Virus record (IMG/VR): IMGVR_UViG_2529292920_000016
Length of the DNA: 32,229 nt
Reading direction: 5' to 3' (one strand)
DNA from: a virus
Lineage: Duplodnaviria > Heunggongvirae > Uroviricota > Caudoviricetes
The notes beneath the pieces were generated by a model, which worked only from the letters and a program-made list of their open reading frames with translations, was not told the origin of the DNA and did not search any database. The translations under genes and the position numbers were made by a program. How positions within the stretch are numbered: position 1 is the stretch's first letter; every line of letters starts with the position of its first letter. Positions 24,430 to 32,229 of this stretch are shown here, one piece after another.

Positions 24430-25104
24430 GACTTAACTCTCTTAAAAGTTGCTAAACATCGCTCGCAAACAAGAAAGAAAAGTTCTGTTGCGAGCACTCC
24501 ACAATTTAAACGCCACACAAGCAGCTATTAGGTGGACGGTTCCAAGATTGCTATCAACTGCCACCCGAATACCGTCAAAACTTGACGTCCAACCAAGAAT
24601 TATTGAGTTGTAAACTCAACGCAATGATCTGGTTGGTATAAATGTGACATATGTCATGAATCGACTAGTTGAGATAGTCAAGATGGGCTTGCTTGACATC
24701 ATCACCACAACCGGAGCCAACAATGGCAGATTGCGTTACCCAGATTTGATAAAGGCATTTTAGCCTGACATAACTATGCACTGTATCGTCGCCGTATTCC
24801 CGCATCAACAGAGACCACAGCCCGAGAGGGAGACTCCTCTGCGCGAGTGTGCGGGGATAATCAAAAACGATACACACCGGGGTTTACCGTGTTAACGGAG
24901 CGCGGCGTTGTCCCCTCATGGTCGCTGGTCCGGTGCGATGGTGGAAGAAACCGGACGATGTGTTACCTCGCAAACTCTGTTATGTCATGTGTCTGATTTG
25001 TGATTTAAGTCGGATAATTGTCATTGCCATTAAGCAGAGGATTGATGACCGACAGGGCTGCATTGTTAGAATAAGACTTATTCTTATCTATGCCGGGAAT
25101 AAAA

Positions 25105-25431
25105 ATGAAAAGAAATCTTCCGTTAATTATTTTGTTGTCTTCTTTGGTTATGGGCTGTACGCAACATAAAACAGATATGCCTCGACAGTTGGTTAAGGCA
25201 TTACCACAATATCCGGCCTATGCCGCGGCAAATTATATAAAGGGACGGGTTGATGTGAAGTTTGATATTGGTGCTGATGGTACTGTCACCCGAATTGAGT
25301 TTATCCGTTCAGAGCCGCACCATCTGTTTGATGAGCAGGTTGTAAAGGCGATGGCAAAATGGCGATTTGAGAAGGACAAGCCGCGTAAAGGCGTGAAGAA
25401 AACATTTATCTTTAGTCCTTCAGCACCCTGA
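25105..25431 (+). CDS. Lipoprotein with TonB C-terminal-like domain
   Basis: Signal peptide plus lipobox LVMGC. The YPAYAAANYIKGRVDVKFDIGADGTVTRIEFIRSEP...VVKAMAKWRF pattern is typical of TonB_C. Confidence 0.75.
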   Translation: MKRNLPLIILLSSLVMGCTQHKTDMPRQLVKALPQYPAYAAANYIKGRVDVKFDIGADGTVTRIEFIRSEPHHLFDEQVVKAMAKWRFEKDKPRKGVKKTFIFSPSAP

Positions 25432-25563
25432 TTATTTTATCAGAAGTTAATTATCACTCTGTTGCTATTCAGTACATCCCTGCAGGGTAAAGTCTTGTTT
25501 CGCCGGATATGAAGATGAAATATTGTTAGAAGACAGTAGCTACCGGTTCCTGTAACCGAACGT

Positions 25564-25704
25564 TCATTTCTCGTTATTTTTCATGCTGGCCGGGCGCAGG
25601 TGCTTTGCATCTGTTGCCAGCCTTCTCCTGCAGGCTTCAATAACCCATGCCGAAAAATTACCCGATCCCTTACGTTCAAGGGCAATATGGATTTGATTAA
25701 TCAT
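25564..25704 (-). CDS. Possible 46-aa ribbon-helix-helix protein
   Basis: Below the track cutoff. The MINQIHIALERKGSGNFSAWVIEACRRRL... pattern is RHH-like. There is no convincing RBS. Confidence 0.3.
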   Translation of the reverse strand: MINQIHIALERKGSGNFSAWVIEACRRRLATDAKHLRPASMKNNEK

Positions 25705-25911
25705 CTGGTTTGGGAAGCTTTATTTTTTGATGACATTGTGTTTTTCCGTGTTCAGTGCTGCTGATTTGTATTGTCTTAAGATGTCTTTACGTTAAGTTGA
25801 CACAGATCAATTAATGCATGACTTGGACAAAATTGATTATTTGTCGTGGTTTTATGGTGTACGTGGGATGTGTGATGGTATTTATATAAATGATAATTAT
25901 TATCATTTATT

Positions 25912-26100
25912 GGGTCCTTTCCGGCGATCCGGCAGGCTACGGGGCGGCGACCTCGCGGGTTTTCGCTATTTATGAAAATTTTTAGGGAAAAATCAGATCC
26001 GTTCTTCTTCTTTTTAACTGTTTGATTATCAATAGAATTTTAAAAATATAAAAGGATCTGACAAAGGCTGTCTTTGTTAGAAAACGCCATTTTCAGATCC
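25912..26100 (+). other. cos site (cosQ-like, cosN, cosB)
   Basis: GGGCGGCGACCT at 25942-25953 equals the lambda 12-nt cohesive end, with lambda-like flanks (GGGTCCT at 25912-25918). cosB carries TCAGATCC repeats at 25993-26000 and 26093-26100, plus an inverted copy at 26054-26061. Confidence 0.85.
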
Positions 26101-26122
26101 TTTCTGGTTCCCGGGGGAGTGT

Positions 26123-26671
26123 ATGAACGTCAATAAGAAAAAACTGGCCGATATTTTTGGCGTTGATGTCAGGACCATCACCGCCTGGCAGAGTCAGGGG
26201 TTACCACTAGTTTCTGGTGGAGGGAAAGGGACTGAATCAGTTTTTGATACAACTGCTGCCATTCAGTGGTATGCGCAGAGGGAAGCTGATATTGAAAACG
26301 AAAAACTCCGTAAAGAGATCGAGGATTTGAGGGCTGCCAGCGAATCAGACCTTCAGCCCGGCACCATTGATTACGAACGTTACCGACTGACGAAGGCACA
26401 GGCCGATGCACAGGAGCTGAAAAATGCTCGTGAGGAAGGCCTTGTCCTCGAGACGGAGTTATTTACCTACATCTTTCAGCGAGTGGCACAGAATATATCA
26501 GGGATCCTTGTCCGTGTCCCTCAGACACTGCAGCGTAAATACCCTGATATATCACCCGCACATCTTGATGCTGTGAAAACTGAAAGCGCGAAAGCATCCG
26601 ATGTGGCTTCTGAAGCCGGTGAGAATGTGCGCAGGTGGATTGATGATTTCAGACGAACTGAGGGCGGCTAA
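26123..26671 (+). CDS. nu1: Terminase small subunit (Nu1-like)
   Basis: The N-terminal w[31 protein letters not shown] parallels lambda Nu1. GGGGGAG RBS. Confidence 0.9.
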   Translation: MNVNKKKLADIFGVDVRTITAWQSQGLPLVSGGGKGTESVFDTTAAIQWYAQREADIENEKLRKEIEDLRAASESDLQPGTIDYERYRLTKAQADAQELKNAREEGLVLETELFTYIFQRVAQNISGILVRVPQTLQRKYPDISPAHLDAVKTESAKASDVASEAGENVRRWIDDFRRTEGG

Positions 26672-28571
26672 TTCTGCAGGAGCGATAGCAACCGGCCTCC
26701 TTGCGCTAAAAATTCCTGTCCCTCTGACGACAGTTCAGTGGGCAGATCGACATTATTACCTTCCGAAAGAGTCATCTTACACCCCGGGGCGGTGGGAAAC
26801 ACTGCCGTTTCAGGTTGCCATCATGAACAGCATGGGGAATGACCGGATCCGCACTGTTAATCTGATTAAATCTGCCCGTGTTGGTTATACAAAGATGTTG
26901 CTGGGAGTGGAGGCTTATTTTATTGAGCATAAATCACGCAACAGCCTTCTTTTCCAGCCCACGGATTCTGCTGCTGAAGATTTTATGAAATCTCATGTGG
27001 AACCCACGATCAGGGATGTGCCGGTTTTACTCGATCTTGCACCGTGGTTTGGGCGTAAACATCGTGATAATACCCTCACGCTGAAACGCTTTTCATCGGG
27101 CGTCGGTTTCTGGTGCCTGGGCGGCGCTGCCGCCAAAAACTACCGTGAAAAATCCGTGGACGTGGTCTGCTATGACGAACTTTCCTCGTTCGAGCCGGAT
27201 GTCGAAAAAGAGGGCTCGCCAACCCTGCTGGGGGATAAGCGTATTGAGGGGTCGGTGTGGCCAAAATCCATTCGCGGCTCGACGCCTAAAATCAAAGGCA
27301 CCTGCCAGATCGAAAAAGCGGCCAACGAGTCGGCGCATTTCATGCGTTTTTATGTGCCCTGCCCGCACTGTGGGGAGGCGCAGTATCTGAAATTTGGCGA
27401 TGAGTCCACGCCTTTTGGGCTTAAATGGGAGAAGGACAGTCCCGAAAGCGTTTTCTACCTCTGTGAACATCATGGCTGCGTGATCCATCAGTCTGAGCTT
27501 GACCAGAACAACGGGCGGTGGATCTGTGAAAACACGGGCATGTGGACCCGTGACGGTCTGACGTTTTTCAGCGCCCGGGGTGATGAAATTCCGCCGCCGC
27601 GCTCCATCACGTTCCATATCTGGACGGCGTACAGTCCGTTCACCACCTGGGTACAGATTGTCTATGACTGGCTGGATGCACTGAAAGATCCCAACGGCCT
27701 GAAAACCTTTGTGAACACCACGCTGGGCGAGACCTGGGAAGAGGCCGTGGGCGAAAAACTCGATCACCAGGTACTGATGGATAAGGTGGTGCGTTACACG
27801 GCGGCGGTGCCTGCCCGGGTGGTTTATCTGACGGCGGGCATTGACTCGCAGCGAAACCGTTTTGAGATGTATGTCTGGGGATGGGCTCCGGGAGAGGAAG
27901 CTTTTCTGGTGGATAAAATCATCATTATGGGGCGTCCTGATGAGGAAGAGACGCTGTTACGTGTGGATGCGGCGATCAACAAAAAATACCGCCATGCGGA
28001 TGGCACCGAAATGACTATTTCCCGTGTCTGCTGGGACACCGGGGGGATCGATGGTGAAATTGTTTATCAGAGATCAAAAAAACACGGTGTTTTCCGGGTG
28101 CTGCCGGTAAAAGGCGCATCTGTCTATGGCAAGCCGGTGATCACCATGCCAAAAACCCGCAATCAGCGGGGCGTGTATCTGTGTGAAGTGGGAACGGACA
28201 CCGCAAAAGAAATTCTCTATGCCCGTATGAAAGCCGATCCCTCGCCTGCGGATGAAGCCACGTCGTATGCCATCCGTTTTCCTGATGATCCGGAGATTTT
28301 TTCGCAGACAGAGGCGCAGCAACTGGTGGCGGAAGAGCTGGTGGAGAAGTGGGAAAAAGGAAAGATGCGTCTGCTGTGGGATAACAAAAAGCGGCGTAAC
28401 GAAGCGCTGGACTGCCTGGTGTATGCCTACGCGGCATTACGTGTGTCCGTGCAACGCTGGCAGCTTGATCTGGCTGTACTGGCAAAATCCCGGGAAGAAG
28501 AGACGACCCGGCCAACCCTGAAAGAACTGGCAGCGAAGCTGTCCGGAGGAGTGAATGGTTACAGTCGCTGA
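26643..28571 (+). CDS. A: Terminase large subunit (gpA-like)
   Basis: ATG 26643 has an AGGTGG RBS. Collinear with lambda gpA ([14 protein letters not shown]..., [10 protein letters not shown] Walker B region). Confidence 0.9.
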   Translation: MISDELRAANSAGAIATGLLALKIPVPLTTVQWADRHYYLPKESSYTPGRWETLPFQVAIMNSMGNDRIRTVNLIKSARVGYTKMLLGVEAYFIEHKSRNSLLFQPTDSAAEDFMKSHVEPTIRDVPVLLDLAPWFGRKHRDNTLTLKRFSSGVGFWCLGGAAAKNYREKSVDVVCYDELSSFEPDVEKEGSPTLLGDKRIEGSVWPKSIRGSTPKIKGTCQIEKAANESAHFMRFYVPCPHCGEAQYLKFGDESTPFGLKWEKDSPESVFYLCEHHGCVIHQSELDQNNGRWICENTGMWTRDGLTFFSARGDEIPPPRSITFHIWTAYSPFTTWVQIVYDWLDALKDPNGLKTFVNTTLGETWEEAVGEKLDHQVLMDKVVRYTAAVPARVVYLTAGIDSQRNRFEMYVWGWAPGEEAFLVDKIIIMGRPDEEETLLRVDAAINKKYRHADGTEMTISRVCWDTGGIDGEIVYQRSKKHGVFRVLPVKGASVYGKPVITMPKTRNQRGVYLCEVGTDTAKEILYARMKADPSPADEATSYAIRFPDDPEIFSQTEAQQLVAEELVEKWEKGKMRLLWDNKKRRNEALDCLVYAYAALRVSVQRWQLDLAVLAKSREEETTRPTLKELAAKLSGGVNGYSR

Positions 28572-28782
28572 ACTGCAGGCGCTGCGTCAGGCGCGCCTTG
28601 ATTTATTAACCGGTAAACGGGTGGTGTCTGTCCAGAAAGATGGTCGCAGAATTGAATATACGGCGGCTTCTCTGGATGAGCTTAACCGGGCGATCAATGA
28701 TGCGGAGTCGGTACTGGGGACAACCCGGCGTCGCCGTCGTCCGCTGGGAGTGAGGTTTGAAACGAACGCCTGTCCTGATTGA
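28555..28782 (+). CDS. W: Head-tail joining protein gpW-like
   Basis: GGAGGA RBS. LLTGKRVVSVQKDGRRIEYTAASL parallels lambda gpW. The C-terminus is a few residues longer than lambda's. Confidence 0.85.
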   Translation: MVTVAELQALRQARLDLLTGKRVVSVQKDGRRIEYTAASLDELNRAINDAESVLGTTRRRRRPLGVRFETNACPD

Positions 28783-28802
28783 TGTGAACGGCGTTCCGCT
28801 TC

Positions 28803-30350
28803 GTGAGAGTCTCAGCTACGAACGGGGGCGGTGCAGGATTTGGCGGGCAAATGGCGGAGTGGTTGCCACCGGCGCAGAGTGCCGATGCGGCCCTGCTGCC
28901 CGCGTTGCGTCTGGGGAATGCCCGGGCAGATGATCTGGTGCGCAATAACGGAATAGCGGCCAATGCGGTGGCCCTGCATAAGGATCACATTGTCGGGCAT
29001 ATGTTTCTTATCAGCTACCGTCCGAACTGGCGCTGGCTGGGGATGCGGGAGACCGCAGCAAAAAGCTTTGTCGATGAGGTGGAGGCGGCCTGGTCGGAAT
29101 ACGCCGAAGGGATGTCTGGCGAGATCGACGTGGAAGGAAAACGCACGTTCACGGAATTTATCCGTGAAGGTGTGGGCGTTCATGCGTTTAACGGCGAAAT
29201 CTTTGTGCAGCCGGTCTGGGATACGGAGAGCACGCAACTGTTTCGTACGCGTTTTAAAGCCGTGAGTCCGAAACGGGTGGACACGCCAGGACACGGTATG
29301 GGGAACCGTTTTCTGCGGGCCGGTGTGGAGGTCGATCGATATGGTCGTGCCGTTGCGTACCATATCTGTGAGGATGATTTTCCGTTCTCCGGGAGTGGAC
29401 GATGGGAACGGATCCCGCGTGAACTTCCCACCGGGCGTCCGGCCATGCTGCATATTTTCGAGCCGGTGGAGGACGGGCAGACCCGTGGGGCCAATCAGTT
29501 TTACAGCGTAATGGAACGGCTGAAGATGCTCGATTCCCTGCAGGCAACACAGCTTCAGTCGGCCATAGTGAAGGCGATGTATGCAGCGACGATTGAAAGT
29601 GACCTTGATACCGAAAAGGCCTTTGAATATATCGCCGGTGCGCCGCAGGGGCAGAAGGATAATCCGCTTATTAATATTCTGGAGAAGTTCTCCAGCTGGT
29701 ATGACACGAATAGCGTGACGCTGGGTGGTGTCAAAATTCCGCACCTTTTCCCCGGTGATGATCTGAAACTTCAGACCGCGCAGGATTCAGACAATGGATT
29801 TTCGGCGCTTGAACAGGCGCTGCTGCGGTATATCGCCGCCGGTCTTGGCGTTTCCTACGAACAGTTGTCCCGTGATTACTCGAAGGTCAGTTATTCAAGT
29901 GCCAGGGCCTCTGCCAATGAGTCGTGGCGCTATTTTATGGGGCGGCGAAAATTTATTGCGGCCCGGCTGGCCACGCAGATGTTTTCCTGCTGGCTGGAAG
30001 AGGCACTTCTTCGGGGGATTATCCGTCCGCCACGGGCGCGTTTTGATTTTTATCAGGCGCGATCAGCCTGGTCACGGGCAGAGTGGATTGGTGCCGGAAG
30101 AATGGCCATTGACGGGCTCAAGGAGGTTCAGGAATCGGTGATGCGCATTGAGGCCGGACTGAGCACGTATGAGAAAGAGCTGGCGCTGATGGGCGAGGAT
30201 TATCAGGACATTTTCCGCCAGCAGGTCAGGGAATCTGCTGAGCGACAAAAAGCCGGACTCTCACGTCCGGTGTGGATAGCGCAGGCGTATGAGCAGCAGA
30301 TAGCGGAGAGTCGCAGGCCGGAAGAGGAGACAACACCCCGTGAGACGTAA
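28803..30350 (+). CDS. B: Portal protein gpB-like (N-terminus apparently frameshifted)
   Basis: Collinear with lambda gpB from GGGAGFGGQ onward. The expected first 22 codons, (M)KRTPVLIDVNGVPLRESLSYE, start at TTG 28757 after a GAGG RBS but are in a different frame. Confidence 0.8.
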   Translation: MRVSATNGGGAGFGGQMAEWLPPAQSADAALLPALRLGNARADDLVRNNGIAANAVALHKDHIVGHMFLISYRPNWRWLGMRETAAKSFVDEVEAAWSEYAEGMSGEIDVEGKRTFTEFIREGVGVHAFNGEIFVQPVWDTESTQLFRTRFKAVSPKRVDTPGHGMGNRFLRAGVEVDRYGRAVAYHICEDDFPFSGSGRWERIPRELPTGRPAMLHIFEPVEDGQTRGANQFYSVMERLKMLDSLQATQLQSAIVKAMYAATIESDLDTEKAFEYIAGAPQGQKDNPLINILEKFSSWYDTNSVTLGGVKIPHLFPGDDLKLQTAQDSDNGFSALEQALLRYIAAGLGVSYEQLSRDYSKVSYSSARASANESWRYFMGRRKFIAARLATQMFSCWLEEALLRGIIRPPRARFDFYQARSAWSRAEWIGAGRMAIDGLKEVQESVMRIEAGLSTYEKELALMGEDYQDIFRQQVRESAERQKAGLSRPVWIAQAYEQQIAESRRPEEETTPRET

Positions 30351-31845
30351 TCTTTCACACATTATTGCCGCAGCATTCAATGAACCGCTGCTTCTGGAGC
30401 CCGCCTATGCGCGGGTTTTCTTTTGCGCGCTCGGGCGCGAGATGGGGGCATCAAGTCTTTCGGTACCACAACAGCAGGTACAGTTTGATGCTCCCGGAAT
30501 GCTGGCTGAAACGGACGAGTACATGGCCGGAGGTAAACGACCGGCCCGTGTTTACCGGGTGGTGAACGGTATTGCGGTACTGCCGGTGACCGGCACGCTG
30601 GTGCACCGGCTGGGGGGGATGCGGCCATTTTCCGGAATGACTGGCTATGACGGCATTGTCGCCTGTCTTCAGCAGGCAATGGCAGATAGCCAGGTGCGGG
30701 GCATACTGCTGGACATTGACAGTCCGGGCGGGCAGGCCGCCGGCGCGTTTGACTGCGCTGACATGATTTACCGCCTCCGTCAGCAGAAGCCGGTCTGGGC
30801 ACTGTGCAATGACACGGCCTGTTCTGCAGCCATGCTGCTGGCGTCGGCCTGCTCCCGACGGCTGGTTACCCAGACATCCCGTATCGGCTCCATTGACGTG
30901 ATGATGAGCCATGTCAGCTATGCCGGTCATCTGGCGCAGGCCGGTGTGGATATCACGCTGATTTACTCAGGGGCGCACAAGGTGGATGGCAATCAGTTTG
31001 AAGCCTTACCGGCAGAGGTTCGCCAGGACATGCAGCAGCGCATTGATGCGGCGCGCCGGATGTTTGCCGAAAAAGTGGCCATGTTTACCGGTCTGTCTGT
31101 TGATGCCGTCACGGGAACAGAGGCCGCCGTTTTTGAAGGTCAGTCCGGCATTGATGCCGGGCTGGCGGATGAATTAGTCAATGCGTCGGATGCCATCAGT
31201 GTGATGGCCACGGCGCTGAACAGTAATGTCAGAGGAGGCACTATGCCGCAATTAACTGCAACGGAAGCCGCCGCGCAGGAGAACCAGCGAGTGATGGGGA
31301 TCCTGACATGCCAGGAAGCGAAAGGACGTGAACAGCTTGCCACGATGCTGGCAGGACAACAGGGCATGAGCGTTGAACAGGCCCGGGCGATTCTGGCCGC
31401 GGCGGCACCGCAGCAGCCGGTGGCATCCACGCAGAGTGAAGCCGATCGCATTATGGCGTGTGAAGAAGCGAACGGTCGTGAACAACTGGCGGCAACGCTG
31501 GCGGCGATGCCGGAGATGACGGTGGAAAAAGCCCGCCCGATCCTGGCTGCTTCACCGCAGGCGGATGCCGGACCCTCACTCCGTGATCAGATCATGGCAC
31601 TGGATGAGGCAAAAGGGGCTGAGGCGCAGGCTGAACAGCTGGCTGCCTGCCCGGGAATGACTGTGGAGAGCGCCCGGGCTGTGCTGGCTGCGGGATCAGG
31701 TAAGGCAGAACCGGTCTCTGCATCCACAACCGCCCTGTTTGAACGCATCATGGCGAACCATTCACCGGCAGCGGTACAGGGTGGCGTGCCACAGACGTCA
31801 GCAGACGGTGATGCGGACGTGAAAATGCTCATGGCCATGCCATGA
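30340..31845 (+). CDS. C: Head maturation protease / scaffold (gpC-Nu3-like, S49 family)
   Basis: GTG 30340 overlaps the portal stop. Motifs LDIDSPGG and catalytic-Ser region ACSAAMLLASA. The C-terminal scaffold part carries a triplicated motif. Confidence 0.85.
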   Translation: MRRNLSHIIAAAFNEPLLLEPAYARVFFCALGREMGASSLSVPQQQVQFDAPGMLAETDEYMAGGKRPARVYRVVNGIAVLPVTGTLVHRLGGMRPFSGMTGYDGIVACLQQAMADSQVRGILLDIDSPGGQAAGAFDCADMIYRLRQQKPVWALCNDTACSAAMLLASACSRRLVTQTSRIGSIDVMMSHVSYAGHLAQAGVDITLIYSGAHKVDGNQFEALPAEVRQDMQQRIDAARRMFAEKVAMFTGLSVDAVTGTEAAVFEGQSGIDAGLADELVNASDAISVMATALNSNVRGGTMPQLTATEAAAQENQRVMGILTCQEAKGREQLATMLAGQQGMSVEQARAILAAAAPQQPVASTQSEADRIMACEEANGREQLAATLAAMPEMTVEKARPILAASPQADAGPSLRDQIMALDEAKGAEAQAEQLAACPGMTVESARAVLAAGSGKAEPVSASTTALFERIMANHSPAAVQGGVPQTSADGDADVKMLMAMP

Positions 31846-31881
31846 AGCCAGTGCTGACCATCAACAGGAGGTTTTTACAAT

Positions 31882-32229
31882 ATGGTGACGAAAACTATCA
31901 CTGAACAGCGTGCGGAAGTACGTATTTTTGCCGGTAATGATCCGGCTCATACCGCCACAGGCAGCAGCGGGATTTCCTCGGCAACACCGGCACTGACGCC
32001 ACTGATGCTGGATGAGGCCACCGGGAAACTGGTGGTCTGGGACGGACAAAAAGCCGGTAGTGCGGTTGGCATACTGGTACTGCCGCTTGAAGGCACAGAG
32101 ACGGCGCTGACCTATTACAAGTCGGGGACCTTTGCGACGGAGGCAATCCGCTGGCCTGAAAGTGTGGATGAACACAAAAAGGCCAACGCCTTTGCCGGCA
32201 GTGCCCTGAGTCACGCGGCGCTGCCGTAA
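31882..32229 (+). CDS. D: Head decoration protein gpD-like
   Basis: AGGAGG RBS. DPAHTATG...TPLMLD...YKSGTF...AFAG blocks parallel lambda gpD. The stop is at 32227-32229. Confidence 0.9.
   Translation: MVTKTITEQRAEVRIFAGNDPAHTATGSSGISSATPALTPLMLDEATGKLVVWDGQKAGSAVGILVLPLEGTETALTYYKSGTFATEAIRWPESVDEHKKANAFAGSALSHAALP

Noticed and set aside
24665-24877. 70-aa minus-strand ORF upstream of the 76-aa membrane gene.
   Set aside because: It has a GTG start without an RBS and no recognisable motif. Its composition is backbone-like, so it may be non-coding phage DNA. I cannot support it as a gene.
27093-27767. Long antisense ORFs inside the terminase, portal and protease genes (for example 27093-27767, 28812-29744, 30377-30930, 31861-32214, all on the minus strand).
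   Set aside because: They lie opposite genes with clear lambda homology. Their products are Arg/Pro/Gly-rich and low-complexity, which is typical of shadow ORFs in GC-rich coding DNA. None has an RBS.
1-32229. CRISPR arrays, rRNA genes or integron attC arrays.
   Set aside because: No regularly spaced direct repeats or rRNA-like sequence were seen on reading the window.

Overview
This window is the left arm, immunity/replication region, nin/late-regulatory region, lysis cassette, cos site and first head genes of an Escherichia-type lambdoid prophage. All family names come from my own reading of the translations and from memory; no searches were run.

Gene order:
- int, xis, a full-length YdfE-like exonuclease, ydfD, dicB, DicF sRNA, ydfC/B/A
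- DicA-like repressor and DicC-like Cro, YdaT-like protein, O-like initiator with iterons, P-like loader
- an accessory island at about 8.4-14.4 kb
- hokD-like, rem-like, orf92, YdfU (DUF968), RusA, Q
- a small wHTH ORF, a DNA methylase, tRNAs, cargo in the position where Stx phages carry stx, and NanS-p esterase
- phage-21-type pinholin, SAR endolysin, Rz/Rz1, cargo in the position where lambda carries bor
- lambda-type cos, then Nu1, A, W, B, C, D

The backbone is a more complete relative of the K-12 Qin (Dic) cryptic prophage joined to lambda-like packaging and head genes.

The most interesting part is the AT-rich island between the replication genes and hok. It contains:
- a 430-nt ORF-free, CTAG-rich segment
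- an orphan 280-aa gene with its own strong promoter
- a dead short integrase
- a Septu-like ATPase+HNH pair
- an IS sitting 15 nt upstream of hok

Further cargo sits between the tRNAs and nanS and between Rz and cos; the latter includes a TonB-C-domain lipoprotein.

The element carries many small lesions: in-frame stops in ydfD, the wHTH ORF and the methylase, and frameshifts in the DUF1627-like gene, the Q tail, the portal N-terminus and the short integrase. It is therefore either a decaying prophage or an error-prone assembly. No CRISPR array, rRNA or stx genes were seen.
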